This document shows positions 37,090 through 47,851 of a DNA stretch of 64,000 nt, in pieces (the first letter of the stretch is position 1; each line of letters opens with the position of its first letter). The translations under genes and the position numbers were made by a program. The notes under the pieces were generated by a model that was not told where the DNA came from, made no database searches, and was given only the letters and a program-made list of their open reading frames with translations. Origin of the DNA: Macrostomum hystrix (lineage: Eukaryota; Animalia; Platyhelminthes); assembly GCA_950097015.1 (NCBI GenBank), contig CATNEN010000034.1:868001-932000 (forward strand), in the 5' to 3' direction.

Positions 37090-37750
37090 ACAAGAGAGAG
37101 ATCAGTCAGAGGGGAGACATGATCAGACACGGGAGAGGTGAGACGAGGGAGACATGAGGCAGGAGAGGTGAGACAAGGGAGACATCATGAGATGGTACAA
37201 GGGAGAGTTGAGACACGGGAGATAGGAGACAGGCGAGGTGAGACACGGGAGACATGATCAGACACGGGAGAGGTGAGACGAGGGAGAAATGAGACAAGGG
37301 AGGCATCATGACATGGTACAAGAGAGAGTTGAGACACGGGAGAGGTCAGACAACGGAGACATGATCAGACACGGGAGAGGTGAGACGAGGGAGACATGAG
37401 ACAGGAGAGGTGAGACAATGGAGACATCATGACATGGTACAAGTGAGAGTTGAGACACGGGAGACAGGAGACAGGCGAGGTGAGACAAGGGAGACATGAT
37501 CAGACACGGGAGAGGTGAGACGAGGGAGACATGAGACAGGAGAGGTGAGACAAGGGAGACATCATGACATATGGTACAAGAGAGAGTTTAAACACAGGAG
37601 AATATGAGACACGGGAGAGGTCAGACAACGGAAACATGATCAGACACGGGAGAGGTGAGACGAGGGAGATATGAGACAGGAGAGGTGAGACAAGGGAGAC
37701 ATCATGACATATGGTACAAGAGAGAGTTTAAACACAGGAGAATATGAGAC
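37090..37750 (+). repeat. Composite purine-rich gagac-containing tandem array with higher-order units
   Basis: Recurrent gagacatgatcagacacgggagaggtgagacgagggagac blocks. Confidence 0.9.
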
Positions 37751-39599
37751 AGAAAATAAAAAGATGCATAACAGATGACAAAGGACTGTATAGTATTGAA
37801 TGCCAGCATAGGCTTGTATCAGCGGGTTAAGGGAGAATATGAAACGCACCCAAGTTCGCAATCGCTACTCGAAAAGGCCAGGCTGTGGTGGCCTGACATT
37901 TTGGTGTGTGCACTTATTCTATAATCTCTATAGTATGGATTCCTAGGGCAGAACTTGCACACCATCCAACCAAAGCCTGTTTCCTTTTCTTTCTGTCAAA
38001 CTTTGGTCAGCTGATCTGCACACCCTATAGCTGCAGCAGCAATTGCTTTGTGTGGATTCACTCTCATATGTTTTCTGTATTTTCTTTTCTATTTTAACAT
38101 TCTGCTGCCTAGAAGCCTTACTGTCTGCTGTACTCGAAACTAATTCCCAGTGTGCGCTTGTGCGCAAGCTTGTGCGTTTGCAATCTAAGGCAGCACGTGA
38201 CACTGCCTCTAAAAATGTTCTTTTACCACAGTTTCGTCAGTTTCGGACCAGCTGTGTCTATGCAATCGCAACAAATAAAGAACTTATTTTTAGGTCTGAA
38301 TTAGACGTAGAAAACAAGGCAGTTTGCCCTTGCCTTACAAGCACAATTGACATTGTGCCAAATTTGGCGCTGACAAATTATGTCGAAACTATATCCACGA
38401 AATCTTTGAAGTAATGTTTTCTGCTTTTTGATAGAATTCTATTTTTACCTGTTGCAACATTTGCCTGTAGTCTAAATTAAATATCCATGCAATGCTTTTC
38501 ATGAAAATGAAAAGGTTTCAACTCAAATGCATGTTTTCGAATCCAATCCGAATCGTTTTGAATTATCAGATAGAATTTTATTTAAAGATCAAAAGCTACT
38601 ATAAGTAGCATGCAGGAAGAACTAGCGCGCGTTTAAAGTATGCTCGCAGCAATGATGTTAAAAAGCATCAAGACGAAATGATTTAGCTGTTATGAAACAG
38701 TTTTTTCGTGTTCTTGTGTGTTTTTCTGGTTCAGAAAGTACGTGTCTAGAATTTCTTTATGGAAATCTGAACTCAAACACTCGAACTATTAGCATCCGTC
38801 CAGCCCTGGGCAAAAGTAAAAAATACTAAATATGCTTAGGTTATGCGCCAATTTATAGCAAATGCTGAATTTAGCGGGACTTGCGAACTGCTATACAATT
38901 AGTGACTACAGCTATTGGTGCGAATTAAATTACAAGCTGAATTAATTACTTCTTTGTGTATTAGTTTGCACTGGTGCTAATAGATAGCTAATAGTTAGCT
39001 AGTGCTAATATATTTATTGGGATTAATCACAAATGTTTTTTCTATTAGGTCACAATGCAACTTACAAGCATCCTGCATGCATATATACTTTTTTTTATTT
39101 TATGCTGCAAAGCATTATCAATTTTCACCATTTAAAAACTAAACACGTATAGCAGTTTCACGAGTAAAATAAATAATAGCTGCATATGTGTGTCACGAGT
39201 GAATTAGGCTGAGCTGCAGTTGTACGTGTTACGATTACGATTAAAACATACGATTCTATACTGTATACCTAAGCAATCGAATTCAATTTTGATCTACCAT
39301 AGCAAAAACGAGAGTTTTAGTCTCTCAGAACAAAGAAATATTCTATTGACAATCTGCATGCAAGTTCTGCTGCCCGATCAGTGATAATTAAGTATAAGAT
39401 ATATCATATTCTATGGGTTTGAGCCGAAAGCTCTCGGGAATTAAATTTCATACCGATCGAAAAAACCATAGAATAAATAAATAATTTAAACTACTTTCAT
39501 TTCGCGGTATGTACTCGTACGCAGATATATCCCGGAGCCAGTGTCTAGACATCTCTATGGTAAAAGTATACATGTTCTGTTTTTATAAATGAGACACAT

Positions 39600-40800
39600 T
39601 AATGAAGATAAGAAATCGTGGAAGAAAACTTAAACATGGAAGGGCAAGTCTTGATAATTCTATTAGTGAACTTTGCGGAAAATTTCTGCGGCGATTATGA
39701 CCCAAATCGTATCACCAACTGCGACTTAGAAGAGATTCTGGTTGACGGTTTCGATTTACGTGATCCGTACTCTGTTCAAGAAGTGAGAGCTGTTCGCGAC
39801 CGCGAAGCGCTATAGATGCTGTGAAAGCTCTTAATGAGAGTACAAAGGCTGTAAACACCATCAAGGCGTAACAAGTGGGCTTGACGCAGCAATGAAAATT
39901 GGTGCTAGAGAGGGAAGAGGTCTGGCGTGGAAAAGTGTGCGTGTGATCACTGACGCTGACAAAGAGAAGCTATGGAACACTCCGAAGAAGTTACTCCGGA
40001 CACTTTTTTTATCTAAATGGATTAGATTTTGCCCTTAGAGGAGGAGAGGAGCACAGCACAATGACAATGGACCAACTATCAATCGAGATTAGAGACGAGA
40101 TACGTTGCTTGGTATACCGTGAAACTGTAATTTCAAAGACCAACGCTGGTGGGTTGGCCAGTCACACAATCATTAGCCAAAGGAGGTTGTTCACTTTGAT
40201 TCTACCGATTAAGCTAGGTGTCATGGGAGCCTATTTGAAGAAAATCTACTCAAGCGTCCAGCAGGAGCATTGGACGAGTGACTAATCACAGCCTGCGTGC
40301 CACATGTGCCACCCGTTTGAACCAGGCTAATTGATAATTGATTATAATAATTGATTATACCTGTCCCAATCGGGCCAGATGTGCAGCCGACAGCACAGCC
40401 GCAGCTAATGCGCGGCGCATCTGAAGGCTGCGTACAGCTGCATGTTCAGTCCATGGACTGCAGGGAGACGCCACACCCACCTTCAATTATCCCAGCTGAT
40501 GCTGGTACCCATTTAACAGCTGGGTGAACTGAAGCAATGCAGAGTTAAGTATCTTGCTAAAGGACACAAATTGTTTCCGTGGAGTTGGGAATCGAACCCC
40601 CGACCTTCAAGTCGTGAGTCCGACGCACTAACCTCTCAGGCTACAACCTCTCAGGCTACAACCTCTCACGTGGACTAACGTGGATGAACAGCTCATCATG
40701 GCATGGAGCGAACAGGACATCGAAGTCTGCACTGCGATGCCACAAACTAACGTCTGCAGATGTCCAAATCGAAAAGTGGCAGCGCGATTTTGGATAGACA
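39600..40800 (+). pseudogene. Decayed Crypton (CryptonA/DUF3504-like) tyrosine recombinase, interrupted by SINE1
   Basis: LDAAMKIGAREG; NTPKKLLRTLFYLNGLDFALRGGEEH; YRETVISKTNAGGL; NHSLRATCATRL [SINE] VDEQLIM; TGHRS. These are the R...HxxR...H blocks of tyrosine recombinases, with frameshifts and stops. Confidence 0.82.
40355..40660 (-). mobile_element. tRNA-derived SINE family 1, copy 3 (inserted in the Crypton fossil)
   Basis: Same body and head as 9835-10165; simple-repeat tail at 40330-40358. Confidence 0.85.
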
Positions 40801-43486
40801 AGTCTGAAGAGCGTCATTCAGGGTACGGGCCAGGCCCAGTCGATTACTTTTAACTTTAAGGACTGTAGCTGTGACGATCAATAAGTGAGGTATACACTGA
40901 AGATAACTCTAGGACAAAATCTGCTTGAAGTGCATGCATTTTTGCACTTTGTTAAAAAATTTCTGCGCTTTTCTATGCTTGCCTGCCTGATTGCTGTCTA
41001 TGGCAAAAGTTTTTTGCTAGTTAGGTCGAAGTGCAGTCCGGAAAAATTGCCGACGAGGAGCGAAGCGAGCGTAGCTCCTCGTTGGCAATTTTTTCGGACA
41101 AACGAGACCTAACTAGTTAAACTTGCAACAATCCCGAAATATATCCGGGAATGCGGTTTCTTAAATCCCGCAAAAAAATATGTCATATATTTATTTTGTT
41201 AAATAATTAAGTCAATAATCTTCTGGAAAGTGAATTTAAAGTGGTTTAAAAATGTGTATGTTCACATTTTTTCTTCTTAACTTTGGGAACCTAAAGTTCA
41301 GTTAGAAATATGACGTGTGTCTCAAAAATGGGACCAAATAAACTTGACCCCATACGCTTTCGTGCGCCCTCTGAGCAGCTTAATTTCCAATTTTAATAAC
41401 TACACGCATTCGATAGGCCTAGCTGGTGTATTACGTCTTTTGGTACTGCATATATTCACGTACAAAAAATGGGATAATCTGGTGCAAAACGGCGAAAGTT
41501 GAAAGTTGAAAAAAACGCTAAATCCAGATTCCATCGGATTAAGATTCACTCACAAGTCAGACTAAAGGGAAGCTTCCCTTTAGTCTTCCGTTCGTGAATC
41601 AAGATAAGCCAGCCTCAGACCAAGATCAGATCCGAAGGCCGAACGCCTCTGATCTTGGTCCTCACCTTGAGGCTCATCCCGAACTATAGAGAAGTGCCCA
41701 AAACCTTTGGCAGCGTAAACAAACCGCCCAACCCACAAACAACCACCCCAACGAACGAACAACGGGTGCATAAATTAGGGGTTGAAACTTTACTGAAAAA
41801 AAACTTTAAAGTGCAGTTTACAACGAATCTGTTAAGTTTTTAACTTGTCGGTTGAGAGGTAGCGCCAGAGTTGACAGTTTATTTGGCCCATTTTGGAGAC
41901 ACTCGTTATATATGAAAAACGTGCCCGTGGATTCTGTGTTAAGAAAGTTGTTTTGGATGGACGAAATGATATTATCCCTATTTACCCACCTACCACCTAT
42001 TTTGCTTAGAAACTGAATATAAAAAAGCTGTCCAAATTGTTCTGCCAAAGTTTTGAAATAATTGCCTTTATTTATTTTAGTTTGAATTTATGGCTTTAGG
42101 CTATTATTATAATCAGAAAAACATAATAGAAAAAACTTTTTGTTAAAAAAATTTAAGCAAAGTTTCTAAGAAATCGCAAAATTACTTTAGATCGATTTAT
42201 TAAGGTGCCTGTCCCTGTGTTAAACAGACTTTCATAAACAGTTAGTCCCTTCGACCCTATGACGTCAAATGGGATAAGTTTATTTCTCTCCAAAATGTTT
42301 AATTGTAGGAATGGAGTTTGATTCGTGCAATCGCAATACATAATTATGTAAACAAGTAACTATAGATCACTTGAGTTTTCTTAATGAAAGAGAATGAAAG
42401 AGCCTTAGTTGGGTTAAGCAAAATAAAAGTAGTCTATTTAAGTAATTTGGTGGGCTGATACAAGAACTGAAATAAACAGTAATTATACTGTTATTCATTT
42501 AGTTAGTCTGTTATCCTGGTGTCAATATATCCAGTATAGAAAAAATATTTTGTATTTTTAATTTTAATATATCTTAATAAACCCAACTTGAGAGGCTGAG
42601 ATTAAGAGATCTAACTTAGTTTAAAATGTTTAATGTTTAAAATATCATAGCTCAAGGGCCGAATTTGCCAAGTTAGCCAAAGTTTTGTTTTTGTACAGCA
42701 ACTTTATCTTGGACAATGAAATTGTGGATTATTGACAATTGCAAACTTTTAAAGAACTAGCAAGTTTATTCATTCTTTTGGCTTTGTGGAACACACAATT
42801 ATTGTAATTTGTCCTTGATTATTTATTCTGCTGCTCACTACTTGCAAGTACTTTAGCAACAACCCAATTGGTTATACCTTAGTTATATACCTCAATCAGA
42901 AAATCCCCATTGTTGACAAATTACCCAAAATTGTCCACTTAAAAATTTGGCCAATGCCCCAATAACAGGTAAATTATCCTGCAAGTTTGCAAATTTACTC
43001 TTACAAAGGACTCTCCCTAAGCTATCAATATCATCAAAGCACAAAGCTTTTCTTAATATTCCAATGATCTCATTGCAATGGCCAATTTCAACCTTTTGAG
43101 CAACTTTTCATTCTCAACTTTTGAGTAGGGCCTATTCTTAATTTCTTGGGTACAAAATGCTATTATATTTTGGTAGTCCTAGTCATTATTCTGAGTACAT
43201 GTACAAGTTTTAAGATTAATCATTTATATTTCACTTTGTACTGTCTAGATTATTTAAAATCAGAAAAGCATTTTAAAAAATTGCACTTTTAAGACTCTAA
43301 AATAGCACACATTTTTCAATCTCCTTAGCAATCACACAACACACTTAGAACCCTCCTAGGCTAAGCTAACCCTCCTCCTGCATTTTTTGAACCTATCCCT
43401 ATACTTCTAACTCTTCACTCCTGATTTTAAAATGATAAAAATTTCATTGACTCCTAGATAGGACAGAGCATTTTTACCACTTAACT

Positions 43487-43787
43487 CATACATGCGCAAC
43501 CTCCCAAATCTTAGCCAGCCATGTGACTTAGTTTTTGCTCTATTTACGACTTAGTTTGCTCTCATTTGCAACTTAGTTCATTTCATTGCTCTATTTACAA
43601 CTTAGTTTCCTCTCATTTGCTCTCTTTTTCTCTCCCTTTTTCCTTTTCTTCACGCCTTCCTTTTTTGTCCCTTGTTCCCCCCTTTGATTTTTTTGCACCT
43701 GGTCAATTGGTTTTTGCGACTTACCTTGCTTGGCCCTCATTTCACCTGGCCGATTCAGCCGGGTTGGCCGGGTGTTGCACATGTATG
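43487..43787 (-). mobile_element. hAT-type MITE, copy 2 (inverted relative to copy 1, with a ~50-bp internal duplication)
   Basis: TIR catacatgcgcaac / gttgcacatgtatg; 8-bp TSD acttaact at 43479-43486 and 43788-43795. The body is the reverse complement of 29644-29894. Confidence 0.9.
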
Positions 43788-44844
43788 ACTTAACTCCTAG
43801 ATCCTAGCTCTTAACAGGTGACAAGAAGAAGATGAAAGAGGAATTCTTCTGCATTTGGCCCAGGGGAAAAACAAATAGCTATTTCTAGACAAACAAATCT
43901 ATAATGATAAAAATGTCTTATTTGTAAATGTATGATTTTTTAAATATCTTATTTTATTTAGTAATTCCCCTTTTCATCAAGCTTCTAATTTTTGCATTTC
44001 ATACAAACGCATAGGGGCATGGTGGCTATATATGCAAGATCAAAGTAATGATTATATTTAGATTTATTATTTTATGTGAACTATATAGGATAAAAAATCC
44101 AGAAATGTATTTATTTTTTTACTTTAACTATCCAAATTTGCTTATCTACAAAAGCTAACAAAAAGTGTAGTTTGTACCTATGGTTAAAGAAAATATAAAT
44201 TGACCAAATAGGTAAATGTAAAAATTAAGATTAATAATTGTAAAGAAAAACAAATATAATAATGTACTTGGTTGCAAGGAAAAAAAAGTGGTTTAATAGC
44301 CATGATTTTTAGGCTGCCTTCATCAAATTACTGAATCTATTTTATAAGAGAATGAGATAAGAAAACTAATGTCTGATTGATTTATTTATTATAATTTTAA
44401 TTATAAAGATGTTTAAGATTTGAGTATGTTTTGTAAGAAGTGTTTGTTCCTGACACTGATCATAAGCAATTTATCCAACTATATCTAGTTGGCCAGCAGT
44501 ACTATTATATAGTTTGTATTTTATTCATTTGTGGCAGAGATTAAAGATAACTACAAAGTATATATTTTTTAATTAGGTACAAAGTAATACTTGTAATGTA
44601 GTACTTGTATGATGTAAATGCTTTTTAACCAGTTTGGGCTGTTTGCATGACTATTGTCAAATTCACCTCTCTTGATCATAATAAAAAAAAAAATAAATAA
44701 TAATATTTGCAGGAGGAATGCAGGCACTGGTACATCATTTAGTGACACTAGATCCCCAGCCAGCAAGGAGGCAATATTGCCCATTTTGCTGACTCCTATG
44801 CACACACACAAATACTGTATGCAGGCACATATTCACAAAGGTGT

Positions 44845-46517
44845 GTCTGGATGTTTACATCTGCCCTGACTTTCTCATTGTCAGGCAGTGTACACTTTCA
44901 CTGTGCCTTGTAGGTTGGCCCTAAAGGTCATAAATTGCACGAAAAGGCTCCCGCTGGGACCTAACTCCGAAATCTTGCAAACTGTCTGATCATTATCAAC
45001 CCGATTTTCATACGATTTTTATACGATTTGATTATCGGACTGAAATATACACGATTTCTCCCCGACTTTCGCTCGTTTTTTGGGCCGATAAAAGCAGACT
45101 AAAGTCTGAATTGTTTTGGCACGATTTTTCACCGACATTTACCCGATTTTCACCTACATTTTGTCGGAGAAAAGTCGGCTTAAGTTCGGTGCAGTTTTGG
45201 CACGATTTTTCACCGACATTTACCCGATTTTCACCTTACTTGGATAAAGTGCTATAAGATGCTGCGGCGCTGCGTCTGGGCGCCGTCTGCTGATTGAAGA
45301 GCGTCATAGTCATCCATCCCCTGTCGCTTGATCTGGCTCTTCCACCACCCGCTTAATTATGCCAGTCTACATTGTCGGTGGCTCTTTGTATTACATGCCT
45401 TATGTAATATTATGCACTACGCGGCATGCGTCGACGCCATTAACCAGTCAAAGAAGAGGGCGGGACACCCGTTAGAGAAACGTGAAGCGAAAGCGGCCAA
45501 GCCTGCAAACAAGGCCGACAAAACGGCGGACGAGGCCGACAAAACGGCGGACGAGGCCGACAAAACGGCGGACGAGGCCGACAAAACGGCGGACAAGGCC
45601 GACAAATCTGGTCCTGCCTGATCTGGGAGAGGGTGGGAGTCACTTAAAACTGTTTTATAACAATTTTATCTACTTTATCGTACTAACATATCATATGCAT
45701 ATTATTCATATTAAACTTTAAACATACTTCACCATTTTTTCTAAAATTTATACAAACGAATAATTTTTAACAAAGTAATAATTTTTACAAACTAAAAGGT
45801 AAACGCCAATATAATTTTTCAAACTAATGGTACTGTAAAAAATAATATAGTAATTAAGCTGTCAACTTTAATTATATTTTAAAACTTGCTACAACATTTA
45901 ATTTTATAATTACAAACCGCAAAATCTTGAGTCAAACACTGTTAGTTTCTTACTTTGGTGAATATATATCGAGACCAACATTGTTCCATTAATACGAGCC
46001 ATCATTGTCGGGTGAAAGTCGCGTAGCAGTTAGTCCGACTTGTACAGATGAATATCGATGAAAATCGGACGGATATACATCGTCATATTTCTACACAGGT
46101 GAAAGTCGGAGTTATTTTGGGTGAAAGTCGAGTTGTTGTTACGGTTTTTTTGAAAAAATCGATGATTCGTCGATTTTTTCGGGCCGATTTTTCACTTTTG
46201 GTCCGACAAAAACCGATGAAAATCGTACGAAGATGACTGTCGATCCGTTTTTCATCTTTTGTTTGCGACTTTCGTCTGCCCAAAATCGACCCGACGGCAC
46301 CGACGCCCCAACAAGATGCAAATCGGGAATAAATCGGCCCGATTTTCCCTTTCTTTGTGTCGGGCCGTTTAAAGTTGAATGTCGGAGTTAGGTCCCAGCG
46401 GGCTTCCAAGCCTTCTCTCTGTGCCTGCGCCCCAAATAAATGTGGCTTTGCTGCGGAATCGAGCTCAGGGACCGTAGTGCGAGAGGAAAATGCATTAGAC
46501 CGCTCTGCCACTCACCC
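44845..46517 (-). mobile_element. tRNA-derived SINE family 2, split into 44845-44949 and 46403-46517 by a DNA transposon
   Basis: Minus-strand head gtggcagagcggtctaatgc (A-box, Leu/Ser-tRNA-like) and gagctcgattccg (B-box-like). The two halves join to match the uninterrupted copy at 62375-62590. Confidence 0.8.
44950..46402. mobile_element. Non-autonomous DNA transposon, CMC/EnSpm-like (1453 bp)
   Basis: Perfect 21-bp TIR cccgctgggacctaactccga / tcggagttaggtcccagcggg, 2-bp TSD 'ct' on both sides, and many subterminal ccgatttt/aaaatcgg motifs. No transposase ORF. The superfamily is inferred from CCC termini and the 2-bp TSD. Confidence 0.85.
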
Positions 46518-46636
46518 TCTCTATGTATTCCAAATGAATGTATTTATATTTTATTAGGCATTTGAAATAGACTGAACAGTTAGTTTGTGAGGGAATTTCA
46601 AAAGCTTTTTTCTAGCACACCGATTTGATTGCAGTC

Positions 46637-47362
46637 ATGGAGACTGACTCGCCACAGCCAGCTGCAGTGAGAGCTGCGGACTCCGCACCGTCTGCTGTCA
46701 GTGGTGCGCTGAAACGAAAACGGGTGCCAGCGTCTGGTCCAGCGGCGCCAGCGTCGGCGGACGACGACGTTGAAATGCAGCCGCCGTCAGCTAAGCGGTC
46801 GCGCCCATTCGTTGAGAAGCGCAGCGTAGTGATTCCACCGAATCGGCGCACCCCCCTGCGGCAGCAGTGGCCGGAGCTCTGCCGGATCCTTGTTGACCAG
46901 CTCAGCCTGCAGTGCCGCTGCCTGACCCGCCGTCCAGTCTGGACTGTGGAGCTGCGCAATTCTCCGCTGACCAAGGACGACGGGCATCTGCAGAAAGGCG
47001 CCGATCTGCTTGACGCCTTTGTCAAAGGATTCCAACTCGGCGACGCGCTGGCTCTAGTTCGCCTGGACGATCTCTACATCGACAGCTTCACCGTGGCCGA
47101 CGTCAAGCCGTCGCTGAAAGGCGACCACGTCTCCAGAGCCATCGGCCGGGTGGCCGGCAAGAACGGCCGAACTAAATTCATGATCGAGAATGCAACAAAG
47201 ACTCGCATTGTGGTGGCTGATCACACTATTCACATCCTTGGAGCCTACGACAATGTCCAGGCCGCCAAGCGTACAGTGTGCGACCTCATTCTGGGCAGTC
47301 CACCCAGCAAAGTCTATGGCAATATGCACGCCAGGGCTAGCAAGGCCGCTGCCAAGTGGTAG
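46637..47362 (+). CDS. PNO1: RNA-binding protein PNO1/Dim2 (KH domain, 40S biogenesis), intronless
   Basis: VIPPNRRTPLRQQW, GDHVSRAIGRVAGKNGRTKFMIENATKTRIV and ILGSPPSKVYGN match PNO1. First ATG at 46637; the track start at 46625 is TTG. Confidence 0.95.
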   Translation: METDSPQPAAVRAADSAPSAVSGALKRKRVPASGPAAPASADDDVEMQPPSAKRSRPFVEKRSVVIPPNRRTPLRQQWPELCRILVDQLSLQCRCLTRRPVWTVELRNSPLTKDDGHLQKGADLLDAFVKGFQLGDALALVRLDDLYIDSFTVADVKPSLKGDHVSRAIGRVAGKNGRTKFMIENATKTRIVVADHTIHILGAYDNVQAAKRTVCDLILGSPPSKVYGNMHARASKAAAKW

Positions 47363-47851
47363 CTGGCGATCTAGGTCTTGATTATATTAGTCTCTAATCG
47401 CATCCGGTCTAGATTGGGTTTTGTTCATACGATAAGAAATTGTTTACACTTGGATTCTTTATATACAAGTAAATATTGGTTGTTGCATGCTAAGAGACCC
47501 CAGCTACGCTGTATTAAACATGAACTTTTGTGCGCAATAAAAAATTGCTGTCCATCTTGATTAATGGACTTGTGAAGTGTGAAATCTCTTTTTGGAAATC
47601 TCTTTTTAGAAATCTCTTTTTTTATATAAGTAGATGTATAGGATAAAACATAGATTTAGTTATGGTATTACATGGCATACTCTATCTATACGACAAAGAC
47701 CTAGACAATTTGATAGAGGAAGCAACAAAGACCTAGATAATGCGTATAGGAAGCAACAATGGCCTATATAGATGTTTGCTACTGTTAGTAGCTGTAATGA
47801 AACCAACTGTTTACTGCATGACCTACCCGCATTGCAGCCAGCATATTCAGC

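Noticed and set aside
46440-46517. tRNA-Leu/Ser gene
   Set aside because: It is the head of SINE family 2, with a degenerate B-box and a SINE body.
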